Part shown: positions 16,920 to 29,032 of the stretch, in pieces | How positions within the stretch are numbered: position 1 is the stretch's first letter | How the letters are laid out: the number at the start of each line of letters is the position of its first letter | Origin: Pseudomonadota bacterium | GTDB lineage: Bacteria; Desulfobacterota; JAPLJL01 | NCBI GenBank assembly: GCA_026388655.1 | Contig: JAPLJI010000004.1 | Coordinates: forward strand, 1,543-65,542 | DNA: 64,000 nt | Reading direction: 5' to 3' | Notes under the pieces: generated by a model | Seen by the model: the letters and a program-made list of their open reading frames with translations, nothing else | Told to the model about the DNA's origin: nothing | Databases searched by the model: none | Translations under genes and position numbers: made by a program

Positions 16920-17654
16920 TTACTTAAATTTATTCCCTATTTTCTTCTCCGCCACCAGGTTGGTCGCCCGCCGGAGCGAATCGAACGTCCCCGCGTCGGT
17001 CCACCAGCCTCTTAAAATACTGAAAGACAGCTCTCCCCACTTCAAATAATGGTTGTTTACGTCCGTGATCTCCAGTTCTCCCCGGCCGGATGGCTTCAAG
17101 GTTTTGATAATGTCAAACACCCGGCAATCGTAAAAATAAATCCCGATCACCGCGAAATTGGAAGGCGGCCGCTTCGGCTTCTCCAGGATCTGTTTCACCT
17201 TTCCCTTGACGACCTCCGCCACCCCGAACCTTTCCGGGTCCGGCACTTCCTTCAGCAGGATCTTGGCCCCTTTTTTCTGGCGCTTATATTCCTGGACCGC
17301 CGGTTTGATGCTTCCCTCGATGATATTATCCCCCAGAAACACGCACAGGGGCTCGCCCGCGCAGAAATACTCCGCCAGCCGCAGGGCGTCCGCGATCCCG
17401 CCCTCGCCTTCCTGGTAGGTGTAATTCAAATGCTTCAGCCCGAACTCGCTCCCATTCCCCAGGAGCCGCAGGAAATCCCCGGCGTGCGGTCCGCCGGTCA
17501 CGATCAGGATATCGGTTATCCCCGCCTGCACCAGCGATTGGAGCGGATAATAAATCATCGGCTTGTCGTAAACCGGCAAGAGATGCTTGTTGGTAATCTT
17601 GGTCAAGGGACTCATCCGGGTGCCCAGCCCGCCGGCCAGAATTACGCCTTTCAT
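16920..17654 (-). CDS. rmlA: Glucose-1-phosphate thymidylyltransferase (short form)
   Basis: 244 aa, MKGVILAGGLGTRMSPLT... nucleotidyltransferase signature, in the rmlACBD context. Confidence 0.8.
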   Translation of the reverse strand: MKGVILAGGLGTRMSPLTKITNKHLLPVYDKPMIYYPLQSLVQAGITDILIVTGGPHAGDFLRLLGNGSEFGLKHLNYTYQEGEGGIADALRLAEYFCAGEPLCVFLGDNIIEGSIKPAVQEYKRQKKGAKILLKEVPDPERFGVAEVVKGKVKQILEKPKRPPSNFAVIGIYFYDCRVFDIIKTLKPSGRGELEITDVNNHYLKWGELSFSILRGWWTDAGTFDSLRRATNLVAEKKIGNKFK

Positions 17655-17865
17655 AATCCGCCCTCCATCTGATTCATCTGGTCTGTCTGGTCTATTTTAG
17701 CAAGGAGCAGAGAGCATAGCGCATAGGGTTTAACTCGAAACTCTGAACCCTCGGCCCTTTTTTTCCATTCTGCAATCCTCAGCAAGGCTGAAGCCTTGCC
17801 CTACATCTCCCCTTGGCCCCTGGAACCCTCGAACCCTTGAACCCTATTTTTTATTCCGTATTGTC

Positions 17866-19596
17866 TCATCTGATTCTGAGAAAATACGGCGCCAGGGCGA
17901 GGTTTTGCGGCGAGAGGAAAAGAGAAAGAATCGGATTTTGAGTCAGGTTTCGCAACCGGAACTGATCCTCCAGTTCTTGAAAACCATCAGACAAAGAAAC
18001 CGGGTTCAAATAAGCTATCGGAGAGCCCGCCCTCGCGTATCCTCCCCCGATCATGCCCCGGAGGATCTCCTTTTTCCAGGACCTGCGCCGGGGGAGTTCC
18101 AGGATTGGGATCTTATCTTCCGGGGAAATCCCCGCCAGCTCCTTGGCCCGCCGAATCGCCTCCGACAACCCGCCCAGGTGGTCCACCAGATTCAAACTTA
18201 CCGCCTGCGTTCCGGTCCAGACCCGGCCCTCGGCAAGCTGGGAGAGTGTCCTCATTTTCATATTGCGCCCTTCCCCGATCCTCTCCAGCATTTTCCGGTA
18301 GGTGAATTCCAGATGCCGGCGCAGCAGCGCGTGTTCCTTCTGGGTCAGGGATCTGAAACTGCTGAGCATGTCGGCCCGCTCCGCGCTTTTGAAAATCTCG
18401 GGATTGGCCCCCAGCTTTCCCAGCAGATCCAGGATCACGAACTTTCCGAAGAATACCCCGATGGAACCGGTGAGGGTCAGGGGATTGGAAAAGATTTCGC
18501 TCGCCCCGGCGGCCAGATAATAAGCCCCGGAAGCCGCCATCCCCCCGCAGGAAATCACCACCGGCTTTTTCTCCCGCAGGCGGATTACCGCCCGCCAGAG
18601 GGCGTCGGAAGCATCCGCCGACCCGCCCCCGCTGTCCACCCGGAGAACCGCCCCCGCGATGCTCTTTTCCCGGGCGATTTGATCCAGGAGAGGAACCAGC
18701 GTATCCGCCCCTGTCATCCGCGTTCCCTGGAACGGGTCTTCCAGGCTTTCCCCGGACCGGATCGTGCCTTCCACGAAGACAACCGCGAGCCGCTGTCTCC
18801 GTGGTCTCCGGGGAGAAAAATGAAAAGAAAGAGGCATCTGGTCCCCGGGGATCATCACGATTTTGTCTTTCCAACGCTCCTCGACCAGTCGGGGAATCTC
18901 GTCCGGGAAACCCAGGGCGTCCACCAGTTTCAATTTCTGGGCCTCGGCCGCAGTCAGGATCGCCGAGTCTGTTATTTTCTTAATCCCCCCCGCGGAAAGC
19001 TTCCGGTTCTTCTGCAAGGTGTTGTTGTAATAACCGGTAATCTCTTCCAGGATGGATTGGATTTCCTCCCGATGCGGTTGGCTGGGAGAAGTCCGGGTAA
19101 AAATCTCGGGAGCGGACTTGTAACGGCCGATCCGCTCGAATTCCGGTTTCACCCCGAATTTTTTCAAGGTGTCCCGGAGGTAGACGATCTCCACCCGGAA
19201 TCCCGGCAGAAAAAGACTGCCGGCGGGGTTCATCACGATCAGGTCGGCCAGCGAAGCCAGGAGATAATGGGAGGATTCCCCGCTGTTCAAATACACGATC
19301 AGGCGTTTGCCCCTTTTCTTCAGATCTACCAGGGCCTGGTATATTTCGGATAGGCGCCCCATTCCCAGCTGGAGTTGACCCAGCCTGAGGATGATTCCGT
19401 CAACCCATTTTTCTTCCGAAAGCAGGGCCAAATGGTGAATTACCTGGTGCATCGAACTGATATTCGTGAAAAATGGAATGGGGGGGATCCGCTCCGGGAG
19501 ATGTTCCGGCAGGGATATTTCAATATAGTTGCCGCCCCGGCTAATGGGGCGGAGCAACTTTCTTTTCAGACCCAGGGGAAGACTATAACCGAACAT
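17866..19596 (-). CDS. sppA: Signal peptide peptidase SppA (67K type, protease IV)
   Basis: 576 aa with two ClpP/crotonase-like halves and the serine-protease region GGMAASGAYY. Confidence 0.8.
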   Translation of the reverse strand: MFGYSLPLGLKRKLLRPISRGGNYIEISLPEHLPERIPPIPFFTNISSMHQVIHHLALLSEEKWVDGIILRLGQLQLGMGRLSEIYQALVDLKKRGKRLIVYLNSGESSHYLLASLADLIVMNPAGSLFLPGFRVEIVYLRDTLKKFGVKPEFERIGRYKSAPEIFTRTSPSQPHREEIQSILEEITGYYNNTLQKNRKLSAGGIKKITDSAILTAAEAQKLKLVDALGFPDEIPRLVEERWKDKIVMIPGDQMPLSFHFSPRRPRRQRLAVVFVEGTIRSGESLEDPFQGTRMTGADTLVPLLDQIAREKSIAGAVLRVDSGGGSADASDALWRAVIRLREKKPVVISCGGMAASGAYYLAAGASEIFSNPLTLTGSIGVFFGKFVILDLLGKLGANPEIFKSAERADMLSSFRSLTQKEHALLRRHLEFTYRKMLERIGEGRNMKMRTLSQLAEGRVWTGTQAVSLNLVDHLGGLSEAIRRAKELAGISPEDKIPILELPRRRSWKKEILRGMIGGGYARAGSPIAYLNPVSLSDGFQELEDQFRLRNLTQNPILSLFLSPQNLALAPYFLRIR

Positions 19597-19679
19597 TGTC
19601 TGTTTCAGGTATTTAAAGTATTGTTTTCGCCAGCAATATTACATTATCAATAAAGATAAAATTAGTAAACGGAATCGAG

Positions 19680-20597
19680 ATGAGCAAACTTCCCGAATTA
19701 CCGCATCGTCCCCACGATTTTTACCGGATCGAAAGCCGTTTTATCGAATTTAAGCCCGCGGCTGATTATCCCCGGCCGGTGAAAGTTCATTACAAGGTAG
19801 CCGGCGAGGGTAAGCCTCTTATCCTGGTTCACGGCCTGATGACCTCGGCCTACTCCTTCCGCTACGTGATCTCCCCTCTGGCCAAATCCTTCCGGGTCTA
19901 TGTCCCGGACCTGATCGGGGCGGGGTTAAGCGGAAAGCCGGCTGATTTCAATTACTCCATCCGGAGAATCGGAGAATTCATTTCCCGTTTTCTCCAGGAA
20001 CTGAAGCTGGAAAAACCCATCGTGATCGGGAATTCCCTGGGCGGCCTCTACGTTCTCAGCCTGGCCCTGGATCACCCCGAGCAGGTAAACCGCCTGGTGG
20101 TGATCCATTGCCCCGGATTCCCCATGTTCCGGCTGAAAGCCCTGGGTTTCCTGCTCAAAATCAGCCCCCTGGTTCGGGCTTACCGGGCCTTCACCCTGCG
20201 TTTCGCCCATCAATTCGTCCGGAATTCCATTTTTTACCAGGATAAAAACATGCTCTCCGAGGAAGAGGTCAAGGAATACGGCCGGCTCTTTTCCAGCCCC
20301 GAAGGCGCGGTCGCTTTCACACACATTCTAAAGGAAAGCCTCGATTCGAAAGCCAGCGCCGAGCTTATCTCCCGCCTGACCAAAATGAAAGAAGAAGGGA
20401 AAAAATTCCCCTTCCCCGTCCTTTTGATGTTCACGGATAAGGACCGCCTGGTCCCCGCCGAGTTCGGCGACCGTTTCCACGAGATCATCCCCGGCTCCCG
20501 GCTGGAAAAATTCTCCAACACCTCTCACTTCATCCACGTGGAAAGACCGGAAGAAACCGTCGAACTCATCCGTAAGTTTTCTGAAGTTACAGACTAA
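19680..20597 (+). CDS. Alpha/beta-hydrolase fold protein
   Basis: 305 aa with the nucleophile elbow GNSLGG and an HG oxyanion motif (LVHGL). Confidence 0.8.
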   Translation: MSKLPELPHRPHDFYRIESRFIEFKPAADYPRPVKVHYKVAGEGKPLILVHGLMTSAYSFRYVISPLAKSFRVYVPDLIGAGLSGKPADFNYSIRRIGEFISRFLQELKLEKPIVIGNSLGGLYVLSLALDHPEQVNRLVVIHCPGFPMFRLKALGFLLKISPLVRAYRAFTLRFAHQFVRNSIFYQDKNMLSEEEVKEYGRLFSSPEGAVAFTHILKESLDSKASAELISRLTKMKEEGKKFPFPVLLMFTDKDRLVPAEFGDRFHEIIPGSRLEKFSNTSHFIHVERPEETVELIRKFSEVTD

Positions 20598-20951
20598 GAT
20601 TTTTCATACATGTCCAAATTGGATGGAATTATCGGACGAAAACTAAATGATGAAACCTGATTTTGAAAATCACGGATATGACCCCCTCTCCTCTCCGAGC
20701 CGTAGGCTCCTACGAGCCGGAAGCCCCGCCCTCTCCCTCGAGGGGAGAGGGAAAGGGTGAGGGTGAATATTTTAATCTGGAAAGCTGTGAAGATATTTAA
20801 CTTTGAACTTTGAACTTTGAACCTTGAACTTTGAACCTTGAACCTCTTAACCTTGAACCGTGAACCGTGAACCCCATGTCCTCCGACCTGTCCTACGAAG
20901 CTTTAGCGTAGTTGGAAGCCTTGGCGAAGGAGGATTTAACCCTATTTCATA

Positions 20952-21783
20952 ATGAGAGCTTTTGTCACCGGAGGAAACGGATTTCTCGGCAGTCACCTGG
21001 TGGAAACCCTGGTGAAACGGGGATACGAGGTTACCTGCCTGGTTCGGAAGACCAGCAACCTTTGCTGGCTGGATAATTGTAAAGTCCAATACGTTTACGG
21101 CGACATGGGCCTGGGCGACCAGGGACTGGCGGAGGGCCTGCAGAACGCCGACATCGTTTTCAACCTGGCCGGGAAAACCATGGCCCTTTCCCGCGACGAA
21201 TATTTCCAGGTCAATTCCATCGCCCCGGATCGAAATGGAGAAACGCGTCCTGCGGTATAAAAGCCAAATCCCGATCGCCATCGTCCGGCCAGGCCCAATA
21301 TATGGGCCCCGGGATTACGCGTTTCTCGACGTGTTTAAAACCTTGAAAAACGGGATCCGGATCGATGTCTACGGAAAGCCCAAGATCCTCAACATGGCTT
21401 ATGTCCAGGATATCGTGGACGGCATCATCCTGGCGGGGGAAAAGGATTTTGCTTCCGGCGAGATTTTCCTTCTGGGAGACAGTAAAAATTATGACTGGGA
21501 CGAGATCATGACCATTCTGGGCCGGACGCTCGGGAAAAAGGGCCTCAAGATCGCGGTCCCGGTGCCCCTTCTTTACCTGGTCGCGGGGATCTCCGAACTC
21601 ATCGCCCAGATCCGGCGGAAACCCGTGATGCTAAACCTGCAAAAGGTCCCGGAGATGATCCAGCAGAACTGGGCTTTCAGCGTCGGCAAGGCCCGGAAAA
21701 TGCTCGGCTACGAGCCCCAGGTTGATCTGGCCCGGGGATTCCAGCTCACGCTGGAATGGTATAAACAAGCCAAATGGCTTTAG
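20952..21783 (+). pseudogene. NAD-dependent epimerase/dehydratase pseudogene (frameshift near 21235-21260 and loss of the catalytic YxxxK segment)
   Basis: ORFs 20952-21260 (Rossmann N-terminus MRAFVTGGNGFLGSHL) and 21235-21783 (C-terminal half) are in different frames. Compared with the intact paralogue at 22805-23827, about 55 residues including the S/YxxxK region are missing. Confidence 0.55.
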
Positions 21784-21959
21784 AATAAAGGGTTCAAGGG
21801 TCTTAGGGTCCAAGGGGTCAAGTAAAGATTTGAAAAACCCTTGTTGGCGTCATCCTGAGCTTAGCGAAGGATCTTCTTTTCTTGAATCCTTGATCCTTGA
21901 TCCTTGCACCCTCGAACCCTGGAACCCTGGAACCCTTGGACCCTAGGACCCTATCCAAA

Positions 21960-22676
21960 ATGTTTCTAAAAGATCTCCTCGATTATTTCCGCGGGCAGGA
22001 CCGGCGCAGCGCCACTATCCTTTTAAGCTCGGTCGTCCTGATGGTGATATATCTCTACCAGGGCAACCATAATTTTTTCCTTTTTCATTTCGGAAGCGGA
22101 TTCTACGACCGGAACCAGGCCCTGACCTTCGGCCAAGTCTATCAATGCACAGTCGCCTTCCTGCTCTGGGCACTGGTCCCGATTCTCCTGATCAAATTTT
22201 TTATCGGGGACGACCTGAAAGATTACGGGATCTGCCTGGGGGACTGGCGGTTCGGTCTGAAGTTTTTTCTCCTGTCGATTCCTATCCTGCTCCCCCTTCT
22301 TTACCTGACCTCCTTGAACCCGGAATTCCCGGCCGAGTACCCCCTCGCCCCGCTGGCCGCACAGGGAGTCAGAGGTTTTATCCTCTGGGAGCTTTGTTAT
22401 CTGGTTTACTACCTGGGGTTTGAGTTCATTTTCCGCGGTTACATGCAGCTGGGGCTCCTGAAGCGACTGGGGCCATTCCTGGCGATAATGGCACAAACCA
22501 TCCCTTCCACCATTGTCCACTGGGGAAAACCGGAGGGAGAAACCATCGCGGCGATTGTCGCCGGTCTCGCCTTCGGCGCCCTGGCCATACGGACCCGCTC
22601 GATTCTCTGGGGTCTCCTGGTTCATTACTTCGTGGGGATCGCTACCGATTTTTTCTGCTTGCTTCAACGGATTTAA
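21960..22676 (+). CDS. CPBP-family (CAAX/Abi) intramembrane metalloprotease
   Basis: Start taken as ATG 21960 (MFLKDL). Multi-pass membrane protein with motifs EFIFRG, an FxxxH-like segment (TIVHW) and HYFVGIATD. The upstream part of ORF 21897 lies in intergenic repeats. Confidence 0.6.
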   Translation: MFLKDLLDYFRGQDRRSATILLSSVVLMVIYLYQGNHNFFLFHFGSGFYDRNQALTFGQVYQCTVAFLLWALVPILLIKFFIGDDLKDYGICLGDWRFGLKFFLLSIPILLPLLYLTSLNPEFPAEYPLAPLAAQGVRGFILWELCYLVYYLGFEFIFRGYMQLGLLKRLGPFLAIMAQTIPSTIVHWGKPEGETIAAIVAGLAFGALAIRTRSILWGLLVHYFVGIATDFFCLLQRI

Positions 22677-22804
22677 AAATAGTTTCGGGTTTCCCTCCGG
22701 GCCGTAGGCCCTACAGGGCCGGAGGCGAGTCTCTAGTTTCGGGTTTAAGGTTACTGATGATTTGGTATTTGGGTATTGGAACTTGGTGATTGGTTATTGA
22801 TTAG

Positions 22805-23827
22805 ATGAAGGCTTTAGTCACCGGCGCGGACGGCTTTATCGGCTCCAACCTGGTTTCCGCGCTCCTCGCGCGCGGGTTCGAGGTCAGGGCCCTGGTCTTC
22901 CCCGGGTCCCCGAGCCGCAACCTGGAAGGCCTCCCCGTGGAAATTCATCACGGGGATCTGACCCGGCCCGAGACCCTTCTCCCCGCCACCGCGGGGGTGG
23001 ATTATGTCTTTCACCTGGCCGCCAAGGTAACCGACTGGGGACCGCTGTCCGAGTTCCGAAAAGTTATCGTCGAGGGAACCAAGAATATCCTGGCCGCCTC
23101 CGCGGAAAACCGGGTCAAGCGTTTCCTTTATGTCAGCACCCTGGCCGTTCACCGCTACCGCGATTATATCGACGGGGATGAAACCGCTCCCCGCGATTGC
23201 CGATATCCTTCTTACGGGGTCACCAAGATCGAGGCCGAAGACCAGGTCAATTTTTTCCAGAAATCCGGACGGCTCGGAACGGTGATTGTCCGCCCGGGTC
23301 TTTTTCCCTTCGGCCCCAACGATCGCACCAGTTTTTTTCAGCTGGCCCGGGCCCTGGAGGGGGGCGTTTTCGGTTTCATCCGCGGGGGGAAAAAACTCCT
23401 CTGCACCTCCTATGTGGAAAACCTGGTGGAGGGAATGATCCTGGCCGCGCTGAATCCCCGGGCCGAAGGCCAGGTATATATCCTGACTGACGGAATCAAG
23501 ATCACCTGGAAGGAACTTTTCGAAATTTTTACCCGGCACCTGGGGAAAAAACCGGTCTGGATAAACATCCCCTATCCCCCCGTATATCTGGTAGCCCTCC
23601 TCTGGGAGTCACTTTACCGGCTCTTCGGCGTCAAAACCGCCCCCCTTCTGACCCGCTACCGGGTTTCCCTGCAGGCTTACCACCTGCATTTTGACTGCCG
23701 GAAAGCCCGGGAAGAATTAGGCTACCGTCCCCAGGTGGATTTAGAAGAAGGAATCCGTCGAACCGTGGCCTGGTATCAAAAAGCAAAACAAATTGACGAC
23801 TTGTCCCGAGCTACGGCGAGGGATTGA
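22805..23827 (+). CDS. NAD-dependent epimerase/dehydratase family protein
   Basis: 340 aa, MKALVTGADGFIGSNLV Rossmann motif, catalytic PSYGVTK (YxxxK). Confidence 0.85.
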   Translation: MKALVTGADGFIGSNLVSALLARGFEVRALVFPGSPSRNLEGLPVEIHHGDLTRPETLLPATAGVDYVFHLAAKVTDWGPLSEFRKVIVEGTKNILAASAENRVKRFLYVSTLAVHRYRDYIDGDETAPRDCRYPSYGVTKIEAEDQVNFFQKSGRLGTVIVRPGLFPFGPNDRTSFFQLARALEGGVFGFIRGGKKLLCTSYVENLVEGMILAALNPRAEGQVYILTDGIKITWKELFEIFTRHLGKKPVWINIPYPPVYLVALLWESLYRLFGVKTAPLLTRYRVSLQAYHLHFDCRKAREELGYRPQVDLEEGIRRTVAWYQKAKQIDDLSRATARD

Positions 23828-24086
23828 CGATTGACGATTGGGAGAAAAGTAGCAGGGAGCAAAGAGCCGTTGGCAAGAAACAGGTAGGCGCAGGCTTTAG
23901 CCTGCGTTCTTAATAATTGGCTGCAAATTGCCGAATGTATTGGTCGTTTATCCTGTAAGGAAGCTTGCTCGACTGAAAATTTGCAGGGCAAGCCCTGCCA
24001 CTACGATCAAAAAATCAGAAAGCCAACGCCGAAGTTGAAACCCCCAAACCAATTGCCTAAGATGTAATAAACGCCAGCATCAAGAA

Positions 24087-25202
24087 ATGAAAACCCACAC
24101 CCAAGAGGACCGGCTCGCCCGCGAACTCAACAAAACCGCAGAGAAGAACTATGCCGAGCTGGACCGGAAGCTCAAGGATCGTTTCCACAACCTGAACCAT
24201 AAAATCTCCCTGGCGATCAAGCAGGCGGAAAAATCCCGGGGCGGCCGGGGTGAAAACGGGGAGCAACTCAACCGGATCCTTGGACAAATGGACCTGTCTT
24301 TAAAGCACCTGGAGGAACTCGAAGGCCGGATCAAGGGAACGGATAACAAAAAGGAAGACGACTCAACCTCTCTCTCCCTTTTCCAAAAATTCCGCCAGGA
24401 AAAACCGGTCCGGAAATACATCCGGAAAATCAGGATGATCGGAACCGCCGAGGAGGTGGACGATTTCGGCTACGACCCGGTCTTCTGGGACCTGGTGGAA
24501 CCCATTTTTGAATTCTTTTACAAGAAATACTGGCGGATCACCGCGATCGGGATTAAAAACATCCCCTACTCGGGGCCGGCCCTCCTGGTATCCAACCATT
24601 CGGGAATGCTTCCTTACGACGGGGCCATGATCTCCATCGCCGTCCTCAAGGAGCACCCGGCCAACCGGAAGGCGCGCTTCCTGGCCGAGGATTTCGTCAG
24701 CCGTTGGCCGGTGATGGCCCCTTTCGTCGCCAAGTGGGGTATGCCCCGGGCCTGCCCGGAAAACGCCGAGCGGCTCCTCCGGCAAGGCGAGCTGGTCGGG
24801 GTCTTCCCCGAGGGTCTGAAAGGAATCGGGAAGGAGTTCCGCTACCGCTACCGGGTGCAGAGATTCGGGCGGGGGGGGACCATCCGGCTCTTGGTGCGGA
24901 CCCGGGCGCCCGCTATCCCGGTGGCGGTGGTAGGGGCCGAGGAGATCCATCTCATCATTGCCCGGGCCGACTTCCTCTCCCGGTTTACCGGTATCCCGAT
25001 CACCCCGATCCCGGCCTCCCTCCTCCCCCTCCCCACCAAGTGGACCATCCAGTTCGGGGAGCCGATCCACTACGATCAGTACACGGAAAAAGACTTGGAC
25101 GACGATATCCTGATCAACCAGCTCAACGAGGAACTCCGGGCCCGGGTCCAGGGGATGATCCTTGAGGGCCTGAAAAAACGCCGTTCCATCTTTTTCGGCT
25201 GA
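24087..25202 (+). CDS. Lysophospholipid/1-acylglycerol-3-phosphate acyltransferase-family protein with an N-terminal coiled-coil extension
   Basis: 371 aa. The HX4D acyltransferase motif NHSGMLPYD and FPEG motif are present. The N-terminal roughly 120 aa is charged and helical. Confidence 0.6.
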   Translation: MKTHTQEDRLARELNKTAEKNYAELDRKLKDRFHNLNHKISLAIKQAEKSRGGRGENGEQLNRILGQMDLSLKHLEELEGRIKGTDNKKEDDSTSLSLFQKFRQEKPVRKYIRKIRMIGTAEEVDDFGYDPVFWDLVEPIFEFFYKKYWRITAIGIKNIPYSGPALLVSNHSGMLPYDGAMISIAVLKEHPANRKARFLAEDFVSRWPVMAPFVAKWGMPRACPENAERLLRQGELVGVFPEGLKGIGKEFRYRYRVQRFGRGGTIRLLVRTRAPAIPVAVVGAEEIHLIIARADFLSRFTGIPITPIPASLLPLPTKWTIQFGEPIHYDQYTEKDLDDDILINQLNEELRARVQGMILEGLKKRRSIFFG

Positions 25203-25310
25203 TCAACCCATTCCGCAGACTTGTTGGATTAATTATTCCGTTACCCCAAGGCTGGGGTTCGGGTTGAGATCGTTAACCCGAAAAATGCGGCTAATATTTT
25301 CAATCTAATT

Positions 25311-25409
25311 GTAGTTGCCCGATTTATTTATCCCGACTCCAGAGGGATTTATCAAGATATCGGAGGGATCGGGCTTTATGCAAAACCGCCGATGAATCGG
25401 CATACTACA
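25311..25409. repeat. REP-family cluster (gtagttgcccgatttatttatcccgac ... ccgccgatgaatcggcatactac)
   Basis: Near-identical to the REPs flanking the RAYT at 4470-4560. Confidence 0.7.
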
Positions 25410-25491
25410 AAAAATCCGCTCGCTAATGACGAAAAGGCGAAACTAGCTACGGATTTCGGGTTAGTCTTTTTATCCCCTGGAAAATCCCTAC

Positions 25492-27423
<1,932 letters not shown>

Positions 27424-27825
27424 ATCCTATTCGTCATCCCCGCGAAGCTTGTCCTCGAAGTCTTTAATCGGGGAGCGGGGATCCATAAGAATTGGTGGCA
27501 AATTTTTCACGCAAGCTGGATTCCTCCCGCCCCTGGCGGGACGGGAATGACTTTGCGGTTTGTCGCTTTAACTTGGCCCCTTGAAACCTCGAACCCTTGA
27601 ACCCTTCCGATCGGCTTTCAACCTAGTGTAGTGTCTCAGCAACGGCTTTACAGTGATCATAATCCTTGGTTTTGATGATGTAGGGGCGGCTTTCTATAGC
27701 CGCCCGACGAGGGAGCCAGTCCCTCGAAGTTGCTCGGGATAAATGGAATGGTTTATCCTGAAGGGACTCATCCTGAAGGGCTCCCCTACAAGAGACGTCC
27801 ATGTGTAAAGATTTTCATGAAACAC

Positions 27826-28905
27826 TCAACCCAGCTGTTTTAAAAACTCCGAGATTCCGTAGCACTCGTGATTCTTCCACCGGTAACGGGTCAGGGCCTC
27901 CACCACCAGTGTCCGGTGGCCTTCCTCCTCCAGTACCAGCGGGATCGGGTTTACCGCCTCTCCCTCAAAAATCACCGTCTTTCCACTCACGTCCTCGGCA
28001 TGAATCCGCAAATGCTTCTGAATCAGGTCGCCGGGTTCGAATTCGGTCTCAAGCTCGAAACGGCGGATGGGATGGTTTTTCCCGTCGTGAAACATGAACC
28101 CCGCGAAAACCTCCATCCGGCCGATCACCGCCCGGGAGAGATTCAGGCTGAGCTCGGTTCCGAACTGGGCCGTCATCCAGCGCCAGAAGCTGGGGGCTTT
28201 CCAGTCCCGCACCCCCCAGCTGTGATCCCGGTGGCCGCTGCCTTGGAAATCATAATCCTGCGATCCGATCCGGATCCGGCCCCGGACCGTGCCGGACTGC
28301 TCGTAATGGAAAGACGCCACCTTGGCCGCGTTCCTAAGTGCCAGCAGCGGGATCTTGTGCTCTACGATATGCTCAGAAAACGCCCGGGGATCGAGATGGT
28401 GATAGTCGAAAATCGGGGATACCCCTTTGAACTCAAGTTCCAGTGCGACTTCCGGCATCTCGACCGAATCGGGGGCAATCGTTTCGCGCTGGAGCAGCTT
28501 CCGCGGCTCCGGGATCCTGACCATTCCCCCCTGGAAACTGATCTTCCAGTCCTTCCCCGGCACCACCCTTTTATAAACGAGCGGCCCGGTTTCCAGGTTG
28601 TCGGGGTTCTCCGAAATCGGGGGATCATTCTTGAAAAGCAGGGCCGCCCCGTCCGGTGAATAAAGGGCCAGGATACCGACCACGGTCTTCTGGTTGGGCA
28701 GGATCCCGATCCGGGTGAAACCGCCTAGGCCATTCCGGTGTTCGAAGAAATTAAAGTAATAGCTCTCGTTCCAGAGCCGGTCCGAACCGAAGGAATGGTT
28801 GAACTCATCCTTTTCGTCCAAAACCCGGCCCCGGACAGCGCGCTCGAGTTTCATCAAGCCCATCAGGGCATTTACTTTTAACCTGCCCATCATCCCGATC
28901 GCCAT
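27826..28905 (-). CDS. Hypothetical protein (possible AttH/CrtC-like hydratase fold; contains SGHRDHSWG motif)
   Basis: 359-aa ORF with good coding periodicity. Family assignment is tentative. Confidence 0.45.
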   Translation of the reverse strand: MAIGMMGRLKVNALMGLMKLERAVRGRVLDEKDEFNHSFGSDRLWNESYYFNFFEHRNGLGGFTRIGILPNQKTVVGILALYSPDGAALLFKNDPPISENPDNLETGPLVYKRVVPGKDWKISFQGGMVRIPEPRKLLQRETIAPDSVEMPEVALELEFKGVSPIFDYHHLDPRAFSEHIVEHKIPLLALRNAAKVASFHYEQSGTVRGRIRIGSQDYDFQGSGHRDHSWGVRDWKAPSFWRWMTAQFGTELSLNLSRAVIGRMEVFAGFMFHDGKNHPIRRFELETEFEPGDLIQKHLRIHAEDVSGKTVIFEGEAVNPIPLVLEEEGHRTLVVEALTRYRWKNHECYGISEFLKQLG

Positions 28906-29032
28906 TCATTCCTCCTTTAACCGGTTTCCGGTTATTTGCTACTTTTTACTTTCCCAACAATCGACAATCGTCAATCCCTCCGGGCCGTAGGCCCTACAGG
29001 GCCGGAGGCGTAAATCGTCATTTTTTAGTTTT

